A stretch of 40,370 nt of DNA from Burkholderiales bacterium (GTDB lineage Bacteria > Pseudomonadota > Gammaproteobacteria > Burkholderiales > JABEVD01): assembly GCA_013044025.1 (NCBI GenBank), contig JABEVD010000125.1, positions 1-40,370 on the forward strand, read 5' to 3'. This document shows positions 18,588-26,507 of the stretch, piece by piece (the first letter of the stretch is position 1; each line of letters begins with the position of its first letter). Position numbers and translations under genes: made by a program. Under the pieces are notes generated by a model, which was not told where the DNA came from, did no database searches, and saw only the letters and a program-made list of their open reading frames with translations.

Positions 18588-19130
18588 TCAACCTTCCAGC
18601 CCCGGGTCGATCGAGAACAACATCGCCATGACGAGATTCTTCACATCCTCGCGACTTCTGCCATCGATCTCGAAAATCGGCGGGCGCATGCCCATTTTCT
18701 CCAGCATCCTGGCATAGGTTCCCGCGGTCGGAGTCGGCTTGAGATCGGTCTTGGTGACCCCGATCACGACCGGTGCCCCTTTCAGCATGTCCTTGAATGC
18801 ATCCAGAAAGAACTCCATGTCCTTTTCCGGATTCTGCCTGCTGTTGTCGAGCAGCAGGATCAGGCCGATCGCGCCGTTGCTCAGGATTTCCCACATGAAA
18901 TCGAAGCGCTCCTGGCCGGGCGTTCCATAAAGATGGACCTTCGATCCGTCGTCGAGATGCAGCAGGCCATAATCCATGGCCACCGTGGTATACCCCTTCC
19001 TGTTCAGCGTCATGTCGGAAGCATTCGCATCCGTGGTGACGGGCGGAATATCGCTGATCGCACCGATGGCCGTGGTTTTCCCCGCACCCACGGGACCGGT
19101 GAAAATGATCTTGTTGTCCAGCTTGCGCAT
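18588..19130 (-). CDS. Small ATP/GTP-binding protein, MglA/CvnD-like GTPase
   Basis: G1 GPVGAGKTT, G2 TTVAMDYG, G3 GTPGQERF, G4 TKTD. Confidence 0.92.
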   Translation of the reverse strand: MRKLDNKIIFTGPVGAGKTTAIGAISDIPPVTTDANASDMTLNRKGYTTVAMDYGLLHLDDGSKVHLYGTPGQERFDFMWEILSNGAIGLILLLDNSRQNPEKDMEFFLDAFKDMLKGAPVVIGVTKTDLKPTPTAGTYARMLEKMGMRPPIFEIDGRSREDVKNLVMAMLFSIDPGLEG

Positions 19131-19148
19131 CCAGTCTCTCCCCTTTTC

Positions 19149-20261
19149 TTACAACCCGACAATCCTGCGCAGCAACCTGGAAAGCATTCCTCCCTTGGCT
19201 TCGTCCTTCACGAGCACCGGCTCGACGGGCGGCGTCTCGGCCGCTTCTCGTCTGGATTCGATGACATCGAGCAAGCCGATGCTGTAGGCTGCAGAAAGAA
19301 AATCAAAAAGATTCGCAGGCGGTACATTCAGCATGCGCACCGCGACAGGAAGACTGGAAGGCGACCTCACCAGGAAAGCGGCCATCCGGAGCGCATTCGG
19401 GATGGGCGCCATGCGCGTCAGATTCGGCCAGTATTTCAGCTTGACCGGCGCATGCACCGGGATTCCGTCCGGCAGCCTGCCGCGGCTCGTCCAGATCGCC
19501 ACCTGCCAGAGCAGCCCGACGAAATTGGAGACCACGATGTTGCGGTTGTCCGGCTTGTCTTCCTTCTGCAGCGCACGGGTGGTGATGATCACCCCCTCGT
19601 TTTCGCATGCGTTTTTCAACTGAGTCAGATCCTGAAGCACCATCACCCTTTCCTGCTCCGGAAACACGATGAGGCTGTTCTGGTTTGCGATCATCACCAT
19701 GCTCGGGCGCTTCGCCTGCAGGATTTCCTGCAAGGTGCCGAGCAGTCCGCGAGTCGGATCGAAACGACCGACCTGCTCCGGCATCTTCTGCATGGCAGGC
19801 TGCGAGGAAGGCGCGTTCACCGAAGAAGGAACCGGCTGGGATGCGAGTTCCGGCTGTGCATTCTGCACGACTTGCAGCGGCGGGGACTGGGGCGGGGACT
19901 GGGGCGGATTCTGCCGGCCCGGCGTGGTGCGCTCCGATAACACCTGGCGCAACAGGGGGAACAGCGTTTCGATCCTGACCGGCTTCACCAGCACCGGCAC
20001 CGGCGCATCCGGCAGGGAAATCATGCTGACGATGAGGGTCGGCAGGTCCGGATTTTCACTGCCATGGTTTTCCCAAAGCAGGTTGCCGTCCACGCAGTCC
20101 ATATCTACGATGGCAAGATCAGGCTTCATGCCGATCGCATCCTCGGCCAGTTCGTACCTTTGCATGGTGTGCATCTTGAATGCCATGCGAAACACAGCCT
20201 GCTTGCGACTGTCCATGCCCACCGTCTTTACACAAATCACCTTGTTTTGCGTCGCGCTCAT
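19149..20261 (-). CDS. Atypical receiver-domain protein with Pro/Gln-rich linker and C-terminal helical domain
   Basis: PDLAIVDMD, LIVS, LVKP receiver core lacking the beta1 acidic pair; NPPQSPPQSPP linker; amphipathic C-tail MLSRLLRRIVGL. Confidence 0.75.
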   Translation of the reverse strand: MSATQNKVICVKTVGMDSRKQAVFRMAFKMHTMQRYELAEDAIGMKPDLAIVDMDCVDGNLLWENHGSENPDLPTLIVSMISLPDAPVPVLVKPVRIETLFPLLRQVLSERTTPGRQNPPQSPPQSPPLQVVQNAQPELASQPVPSSVNAPSSQPAMQKMPEQVGRFDPTRGLLGTLQEILQAKRPSMVMIANQNSLIVFPEQERVMVLQDLTQLKNACENEGVIITTRALQKEDKPDNRNIVVSNFVGLLWQVAIWTSRGRLPDGIPVHAPVKLKYWPNLTRMAPIPNALRMAAFLVRSPSSLPVAVRMLNVPPANLFDFLSAAYSIGLLDVIESRREAAETPPVEPVLVKDEAKGGMLSRLLRRIVGL

Positions 20262-20271
20262 CTTGCGTTCC

Positions 20272-21789
20272 TCATGCTGCGATCTGTTGTGTTCTTAGCT
20301 GCAGGCGCTTGTACAAACTGTTCATCATGGAAATCACTTCGGCCGGCGGCCTTTGCGCACGCTTCTTGATTTCCGAAGCCATGCTGGTGAAGCGCGCAAG
20401 CGCGTCCATGCGATCGTACAAATCGAGCAGCGGCCTGTAGAGCTGCACTTTCTGCGGATCGGCAAGAATTTCACGTTCGAGCAGTTCGAGCGCTTCGTCG
20501 ATCTGCCCATATTCGATATAGGAATCCACTTCGGCCAGGACCGCGTCTCCATCGTGCCCGGTTTCGTAGGTCTCGTTGGATACCGATGCGCTTACGAGAT
20601 CCAGCCCTTTCGAAGTCACCATTTCGACCGGATAATATCCGAAATTCCTGCCGATTGCCTCGAGATGGCGCCGCTCCTTCGCCTGAGCAAGCGCTTCCAG
20701 AACCGGATGAGTCCCCATCGAGAACCCCACGCCGAGCAGCCTTTCCTTCAGGTCGCTGCCATAATTGTCCAGCACGTTGAAAAGCTGCCAGAGCGTCTTC
20801 GCATATTCGTCGACTTCCTTCCTGAAGTAATACAGCTTCAGGATTTCGGTGAAATTGACCAGCGCTTTGGGCTGCTCGACAATCGCGCGCTTCAGGACCG
20901 GAATCGCGCATTCGTAATTCTGGAAGGAAAGATACAGTTTCGCAGCCAGCGCTGCAGGAACCAGGGTATCGATTACATCGCGCTCCTGGCTGGAAAGCGG
21001 ATCCAGCGGTGCAGTCCCTTCCACCACCTGCTTGCCGAGGCGGGGCGCCGCACGCCTTTCGGCCGGGGGAGCGGCGGGCTTTTCCGCGGATTCCCGGATT
21101 TCTTCGCGCGCAGGAACGGGCCTGACCTCTTCCGGAGCGGGCGCGGCCGGCTTTGTCGGTTCCACCGGCGGGGCAGGCTTGGGCGCTTCCGGAACGCCGC
21201 CCAGGATGGAATTGATTTTTTCGAAACTGATTCCCAGGCAGGCTTCTGCGAACACCCGAAGCTGCAGGTTGCCGCTGTCTTCCTTGAGTCCTGCGACGAA
21301 CGCCCGCTTGAGGAAATCGGCTCGCTCGCCCGCCTCCGACAATTTTTCCAGAACCAGCGCGTAATTGTCGATCTGGCTGAGCTGGAAATAAACCTGGAGC
21401 AGCTTGCGCAAGGCATTGAGGTCGGAATGGCCGGCGCTGCTGTCTACATACCAGCGCAACGTCTCCGCGGCCCGCTCGTAGTATCCGTATTCGATATAGA
21501 TGTCCACGCCCTCGAGGGGATCGACCTCGCTGACCTCGATGACTTCGCTGGTGCGAACGCCGGCTGTCTGCGCCTCGACTTCTGGCGCAGCACTTTCCTG
21601 CGCGCTCCATTGTCCGGCCTCGTTCTTCCTCGACTTGATCTTCTGTACCGCAAGCTTCTTCGCAGCCATCGACCTGTTTCGATGGACCAGGAAAAACAGC
21701 GCCGCGATCAGCACGATCACGCCTGCTGCTGCGCCAAGCGTGACCGGGTCGGCCAGGATTTCCTCAACTTGTTCGATCAGATCCTCCAT
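20272..21789 (-). CDS. Single-pass membrane protein with FimV-like TPR repeats
   Basis: N-terminal TM (LGAAAGVIVLIAALFFLV) then basic residues; DPLEGVDIYIEYGYYERA and LAEVDSYIEYGQIDEA resemble the FimV DPLAEADIYIAYG motif; Pro/Ala/Glu linker. Confidence 0.75.
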   Translation of the reverse strand: MEDLIEQVEEILADPVTLGAAAGVIVLIAALFFLVHRNRSMAAKKLAVQKIKSRKNEAGQWSAQESAAPEVEAQTAGVRTSEVIEVSEVDPLEGVDIYIEYGYYERAAETLRWYVDSSAGHSDLNALRKLLQVYFQLSQIDNYALVLEKLSEAGERADFLKRAFVAGLKEDSGNLQLRVFAEACLGISFEKINSILGGVPEAPKPAPPVEPTKPAAPAPEEVRPVPAREEIRESAEKPAAPPAERRAAPRLGKQVVEGTAPLDPLSSQERDVIDTLVPAALAAKLYLSFQNYECAIPVLKRAIVEQPKALVNFTEILKLYYFRKEVDEYAKTLWQLFNVLDNYGSDLKERLLGVGFSMGTHPVLEALAQAKERRHLEAIGRNFGYYPVEMVTSKGLDLVSASVSNETYETGHDGDAVLAEVDSYIEYGQIDEALELLEREILADPQKVQLYRPLLDLYDRMDALARFTSMASEIKKRAQRPPAEVISMMNSLYKRLQLRTQQIAA

Positions 21790-21807
21790 TGACCGGCGTA
21801 TTCCTGC

Positions 21808-22578
21808 TTACGGAACCTGATAGTCCGCCTCGGTCACGAGATCCGTCCCGCACTCCAGAGTCTCGATCCAGTCGATGAAGCGGTTCACCATTTCCTTTCC
21901 CTTGAAATAGCCGCCATGCTGGGGAACGATGCATTCGATATCGAGTTTCCTGCCCATGGCCGCCCACAGTCTGCAAACCTTGTTGTTCGACATGTAGCGC
22001 TGATGAAAGCCCACCGAATGAGCGGTCTCGAGATGCCTGTCGAAATCCGCGATCGGCTGACCTGCCTGGGCTCCATCCATCAGGGAAGCGCCCATGTCTC
22101 CAGAAAACAGGATCTTGCTGACCGGATCATAGACCTGGAAATTGCCCACCGCATGCAGATAATGCGCCGGAACGATCTTGAGTTCGGTTTCCCCGAGCTT
22201 CAGGTTCATTCCGCCTGGCTGGACCGGAATGACGCGTCCTTCCGTCAGTCCCTTGACACAGAAATGCGGCAGGAATCGCTCCCATTCCCTGGCGATCACG
22301 ATGTTCGCATCGGTGATCAGCAGCCAGCCGTTTGCGGACGCGATGATGTCCGGATCCTCATGGGAAGCAAAAATGTATCGGGTATGCGAAGGCAGGACAT
22401 AATTGGCCATCTCCGCGAGCAGGTGCTTGTAGGTCAGATTGCCTCCCGGATCGAGAAGCATGGACTCTCCGTTGTCGACGATGAGAAACTGGTTGGACTG
22501 GATACCCTCTCCCTGAACCAGTTCGGTAAAGGCGATACATTTGTGGCTTCCATCGTCATAAAGTACTACTGCAGGCAT
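21808..22578 (-). CDS. MBL-fold di-iron protein, ODP (oxygen-binding di-iron protein)/FprA-N-like
   Basis: GGAGG RBS before ATG 22578; IQSNQFLI, LLDPGG, SHEDPD, AHYLH, LFSGD, FHQRYM, IVPQHG; no flavodoxin domain. Confidence 0.85.
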   Translation of the reverse strand: MPAVVLYDDGSHKCIAFTELVQGEGIQSNQFLIVDNGESMLLDPGGNLTYKHLLAEMANYVLPSHTRYIFASHEDPDIIASANGWLLITDANIVIAREWERFLPHFCVKGLTEGRVIPVQPGGMNLKLGETELKIVPAHYLHAVGNFQVYDPVSKILFSGDMGASLMDGAQAGQPIADFDRHLETAHSVGFHQRYMSNNKVCRLWAAMGRKLDIECIVPQHGGYFKGKEMVNRFIDWIETLECGTDLVTEADYQVP

Positions 22579-22644
22579 TCCCCCTCCCAGCCGGCGCGCA
22601 TTGCTTGCCACGCACCATTTTCATTTTGGACACCAACATCCGGA

Positions 22645-23019
22645 TCACATCGTATGTGTCAGGCGAGCCGTTTTGGCTGCGCCACCGAGATGCTCCTCAA
22701 TTTTTCTCCGCAACATCTTGCTGTTGTCGCTTTCGTCGAAATGAACTCCGACGCCCTGCAAACGCCCGCCGTGACAACCCTTGGGCGTGATCCAAGTCAC
22801 CTCGCCGTTGGCCAGGATCTTCTCCGGCGCATCCATCAGGCTGAGCAATATGAACACTTCGTCCCTCAACTTGTAGGGGTGAACCGTAGGAATGAAGATC
22901 CCCCCGTTCTTCAGGAAAGGAATGTAGGCGGCTGCAAGGGCCGCCTTGTCCTTGACCGAAAGCGCGAGCATCTTCGGAATATCGGGCGCGGCCGCCTTCG
23001 TCGCAGTTACGTTTGTCAT
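22645..23019 (-). CDS. pilZ: Type IV pilus assembly protein PilZ
   Basis: LSVKDKAALAAAYIPFLKNGGIFIPT, YKLRDEVFILL, WITPKG, GVGVHF and C-terminal THTM match the Pseudomonas/Xanthomonas pilus PilZ type. Confidence 0.9.
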   Translation of the reverse strand: MTNVTATKAAAPDIPKMLALSVKDKAALAAAYIPFLKNGGIFIPTVHPYKLRDEVFILLSLMDAPEKILANGEVTWITPKGCHGGRLQGVGVHFDESDNSKMLRRKIEEHLGGAAKTARLTHTM

Positions 23020-23144
23020 GTCTCCGTGACGCCCTCATTCCGGACCGTATTCATGGCCTCGCCGGATTGACCGAATTTACGGTGCCGGACGATAAGTCGC
23101 AGCCAGTCCGGGGCAACCGCCTTGTCCAAGATCACTTCCTTCAC
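23016..23144 (-). CDS. Putative small protein (42-45 aa) translationally coupled to pilZ
   Basis: GAGGAAGG 8 nt before GTG 23144 (alternative GTG 23153); MKEVILDKAVAPDWLRLIVRHRKFGQSGEAMNTVRNEGVTET; TGA overlaps the pilZ ATG (ATGA). Confidence 0.4.
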   Translation of the reverse strand: MKEVILDKAVAPDWLRLIVRHRKFGQSGEAMNTVRNEGVTET

Positions 23145-23231
23145 TTCATCCACCTTCCTCACAGAATATCAAGCGTATGAAGCCTGAAACAGAATCCAAC
23201 GCAGAAACCATACCGGCAGGAATGCTTAGGC

Positions 23232-23261
23232 AGTATAGCGCCTGTCAAAGAATTTAATCAA
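23232..23261 (-). promoter_or_regulatory. Putative sigma70 promoter of the pilZ-roadblock operon
   Basis: Minus strand TTGATT-N18-TATACT in an AT-rich intergenic region. Confidence 0.55.
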
Positions 23262-23307
23262 GTCCGGCCAATACCATGCGCATTATATATGCAATATGGA
23301 TGCAACT

Positions 23308-24024
23308 TCAGAAGCTTTCGTTGCTTCCGAGATAGCGCCACTTCCCGGGCGGCAGCTCTCCCAACCTCACCTTTCCGATCCTGACCCGCTTCAATCCGGT
23401 CACCCTGAGACCGACGAGCTCGCACATTCTCCGGATCTGGCGTTTTTTCCCTTCCTTCAGGATGAATTTCAACTGGTCTTCGTTCTGCCTGCTGACCCTT
23501 GCCGGTTTCAGCGCCACGCCATCCAGGGAAAGGCCGTGATTGAGGAGCGCGAGCCCCCGATCGTCCAGCCTGCCTTGCACCCGAACCAGGTATTCCTTTT
23601 CGATTTCGGAAGACTCCCCGATCAGCAGTTTCGCGATCGTGCCATCCTGGGTCAGCACCAGGAGACCGGTGGAATCGATATCCAGCCTGCCCGCCGGGGC
23701 AAGCCCTTTCAGATGGTCCGGAGAAAAGGTTTTTCCCTCCCCATGCATCGATTCACGGTTGACGAGCGAAACCGCGGCCTTGTATCCCTTTTCCGGCTGA
23801 CCGGAAACGTAACCCACGGGCTTGTGGAGCAAGATGGTGACGGGCGCCACGCGACGAGCCTCCCTGGAGAGGGAAATCTTCTGGGCGGGGTCGATCCTGG
23901 TGCCGAGTTCGGTCACTTTCTGCCCGTCCACATACACCCATCCCATCGAGATGAAATGATCCGCCTCCCGGCGCGATGCGATGCCCCGCTCGGACATCAG
24001 CTTGGAAATCCTGACCTTTTCCAT
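23308..24024 (-). CDS. rRNA pseudouridine synthase, RsuA/RluF family
   Basis: S4 domain (SRREAD), [19 protein letters not shown] catalytic motif, [10 protein letters not shown]. Confidence 0.93.
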   Translation of the reverse strand: MEKVRISKLMSERGIASRREADHFISMGWVYVDGQKVTELGTRIDPAQKISLSREARRVAPVTILLHKPVGYVSGQPEKGYKAAVSLVNRESMHGEGKTFSPDHLKGLAPAGRLDIDSTGLLVLTQDGTIAKLLIGESSEIEKEYLVRVQGRLDDRGLALLNHGLSLDGVALKPARVSRQNEDQLKFILKEGKKRQIRRMCELVGLRVTGLKRVRIGKVRLGELPPGKWRYLGSNESF

Positions 24025-25391
24025 CAATTGGGCTCGAACCAGGCAAGTTTCTCGCGCAGGCTCACCACGCCGCCCACGATGATGAGGGTGGGGGGCGTGA
24101 GTTTCGCATCCATGGCGATCCGGTAGAGATTCGCGAGCGTACCGGTCAGGACTTTCTGGTTCCGGGTGGTTCCCTGCTGCACCACGGCCGCGGGAGTCGA
24201 TTCTGGCAATCCGTGCTCGATGAGCTTCGAACAGAGCACTTCGAGTCCGGTGAGCCCCATGTATACAACCACGGTCTGACGCGGTCTTGCCAGCATCTCC
24301 CAGTCCAGATCCATGCTGCCGTCCTTGAGGTGCCCGGTAACGAACACGCAGGACTGGGCATGATCGCGATGGGTGAGCGGGATGCCGGCATAACTCGCCA
24401 CCCCGGCTGCGGCGGTGATGCCGGGCACGACCTGGAAAGTGACGCCTCGCGCGGAAAGGGTCTCGATTTCCTCCCCTCCCCTGCCGAAAATGAAGGGATC
24501 CCCGCCCTTGAGCCTCAACACGCGCTTTCCTTCCTTCGCGAGCCTCACCAGGAATTCGTTGATTTCCTCCTGGGGCATGGCGTGATCGCTCTTTTTCTTG
24601 CCGACATAGATGCGGGTCGCATCGCGCCTCGTCATCTCCAGGATGGGCTTGGAGACCAGATTGTCATAGAGCACCACATCGGCCTTGTGCATGAGGCGAA
24701 GCGCGCGAAAGGTGAGGAGATCCGGGTCTCCCGGCCCTGCGCCGACCAGATACACTTCTCCCTGGTGAATTGCGCCTTCCTGCAACCCCTCTTCCAGCAT
24801 CGCCTCGGCGCGCTTCTCGTCTCCGAGCAGCACCTTTTCTGCGATCTTCCCTTCGAAAACGTCCTCCCAGAAAATCCTTCTTTCGGAAGGACTCGAAATT
24901 TTCTGCTTCACCTTTTCGCGAAAACGCGCGGCGAAGGAAGCGAGCCTGCCATATCCTTCCGGAATCAGCGACTCGAAGCGGGCGCGCAACAGGCGGGCCA
25001 GCACCGGAGAAGCCCCTCCAGTGGAAAAAGCCACCATGAGCGGAGAACGGTCCAGGATGGAAGGCATGACGAAGGAGCAAAGATCCGGGTTGTCGACCAC
25101 GTTCACCGGAATGTTTCTTTCCCGGGCGAGCCTGGAAACCTCCACATTGACTTCGCGGTCGTCGGTTGCCGCGATCGCAAGGGTCATTCCATCGAGATGC
25201 TGGGCGGAGAATCTTTCGGCAACATGCTCCACTTCGAGCCTGTCGAAACCTTCCGAGAGCGTGGGCGAGACCACCTTCACTTTCGCCCCGGACTGGGCCA
25301 GGATGGAAGCTTTCCTGAGGGCGACCTCCCCGCCGCCCACCACCAGGCAGGTCTTTTGCTTCAGATCGAGAAAAATCGGGAAATAATCCAT
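24024..25391 (-). CDS. cysG: Siroheme synthase
   Basis: [57 protein letters not shown]; TGATG overlaps at both ends. Confidence 0.96.
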   Translation of the reverse strand: MDYFPIFLDLKQKTCLVVGGGEVALRKASILAQSGAKVKVVSPTLSEGFDRLEVEHVAERFSAQHLDGMTLAIAATDDREVNVEVSRLARERNIPVNVVDNPDLCSFVMPSILDRSPLMVAFSTGGASPVLARLLRARFESLIPEGYGRLASFAARFREKVKQKISSPSERRIFWEDVFEGKIAEKVLLGDEKRAEAMLEEGLQEGAIHQGEVYLVGAGPGDPDLLTFRALRLMHKADVVLYDNLVSKPILEMTRRDATRIYVGKKKSDHAMPQEEINEFLVRLAKEGKRVLRLKGGDPFIFGRGGEEIETLSARGVTFQVVPGITAAAGVASYAGIPLTHRDHAQSCVFVTGHLKDGSMDLDWEMLARPRQTVVVYMGLTGLEVLCSKLIEHGLPESTPAAVVQQGTTRNQKVLTGTLANLYRIAMDAKLTPPTLIIVGGVVSLREKLAWFEPN

Positions 25392-26380
25392 CACGCAACC
25401 CTCGCGGCAAAGGAAATGTCGCGCCCGCTCCACCATTGCGCGGCCATCCTTTCCGCCTCCTCCAGACTCGACAGGCGCAGGTGGTATTTGAGCACGACGG
25501 CTGCGGTTCCGATCACGCTCATTCTGCCGTATTCGTCGTCGATTTCGCCGCGCCAGAGCTTGCCGATCCTCGACGCATCCATTTCCTCGTCCTTGACATG
25601 GCGCGCGGCGAAAAGCGCAGGCCATTCCTCTTCCCCCGGATGACCATCGATCACCGATTTCACCTTGCAGACGAGGTCCGGATTGCGCTCGGCCTCCCCA
25701 CCTTCTCCCTTGAAAACGATCAGGTTTTCTCCGAGAAGCTGCGCCGCTCCCTGATGGGAATCGAGATAGCCTGGGTGAAAAATGCCCTGAACGGAAAGCG
25801 CTGCTTTTGCGGGATTCAACATCCTGCCGATGGTGTGCACCGGCGAGCGCAGGCCGAAAAGCGAACGGAGATCCATGATTTTCTGGAGTTGAGGGCTCAG
25901 GGACGCGAACTCCACGAAGGCGAATCCCTTCTCCTTCACCCGGGATACGGCCGCTTCCGCAGAGGAAACAGGCTTGATTCCGAGGGAAGCGAGCGCGGCC
26001 GCCGCATACACCCGCTCGTCGCTCCCCGATACGCCGTGCATCAGCACGGAAATGCCGCGGCTCGCAAGCAGCAATGCGGAAAGCACATACCAGGGCAACT
26101 GCCTGCGCTTTCCGGCATAGCTCGACCAGTCGATATCGACTGCGGCTTCCGGGACCCCGATCGAATTCCTGGCTGCAGAAACGAATCCGGCCAGTTCTTC
26201 CGGGGTCTCCTCCTTCACCCGAAGCAGCATGAGAAAAGCGCCCAGTTGCACCGGCTCGACTTTCCCGGAAAGGATCATGCCCATGGCATCGCTCGCCTCT
26301 TGCCTGCTCAGGGCGCGCGAACCCTGCCTTCCCTTGCCAAGCGTCCGGATGTATTGCGCGAAAGGATGTTCTTCAGTCAT
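25391..26380 (-). CDS. Glycosyl transferase family 3 / YbiB-like (TrpD-like) protein
   Basis: HPFAQYIRTLGKG, QLGAFLMLLRVKEET, DWSSYAGKRR, LRSPVHT, GIFHPGY, KGEGGEAERNP. Confidence 0.88.
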   Translation of the reverse strand: MTEEHPFAQYIRTLGKGRQGSRALSRQEASDAMGMILSGKVEPVQLGAFLMLLRVKEETPEELAGFVSAARNSIGVPEAAVDIDWSSYAGKRRQLPWYVLSALLLASRGISVLMHGVSGSDERVYAAAALASLGIKPVSSAEAAVSRVKEKGFAFVEFASLSPQLQKIMDLRSLFGLRSPVHTIGRMLNPAKAALSVQGIFHPGYLDSHQGAAQLLGENLIVFKGEGGEAERNPDLVCKVKSVIDGHPGEEEWPALFAARHVKDEEMDASRIGKLWRGEIDDEYGRMSVIGTAAVVLKYHLRLSSLEEAERMAAQWWSGRDISFAARVA

Positions 26381-26507
26381 TTGATCAAGCCTCGATGATA
26401 ATTGCTGGTGCCTCGGCCAAAGCCGGGACTCCCGCATAGATTATCACCAAAACGCCGATTTCGATCCCACCCTTTCGGATTATCCTGCAAGGAAGATCCG
26501 CTTCCGC

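Noticed and set aside
19879-19906. Tandem GGCGGGGACTGG repeat as a CRISPR or contingency repeat
   Set aside because: Only about two in-frame copies encoding a PPQS linker; no spacers and no cas genes
21808-22578. MBL-fold gene as a beta-lactamase or flavodiiron NO/O2 reductase
   Set aside because: No signal peptide, no HxHxDH motif and no flavodoxin domain; the motifs fit ODP-like proteins better
22645-23019. PilZ as a c-di-GMP receptor
   Set aside because: It lacks the N-terminal RxxxR motif; the pilus-type PilZ subfamily is known not to bind c-di-GMP on its own
17498-23261. GTPase module as a mobile island or defence system
   Set aside because: No integrase, transposase, tRNA, att-like repeats at both ends, or nuclease/toxin effector motifs seen
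23275-23300. Short AT-rich palindrome GCAT-TATAT-ATGC and possible FNR or sigma54 sites upstream of the pilZ operon
   Set aside because: The arms are only 4 bp; no TTGAT-N4-ATCAA or TGGCAC-N5-TTGC match was found
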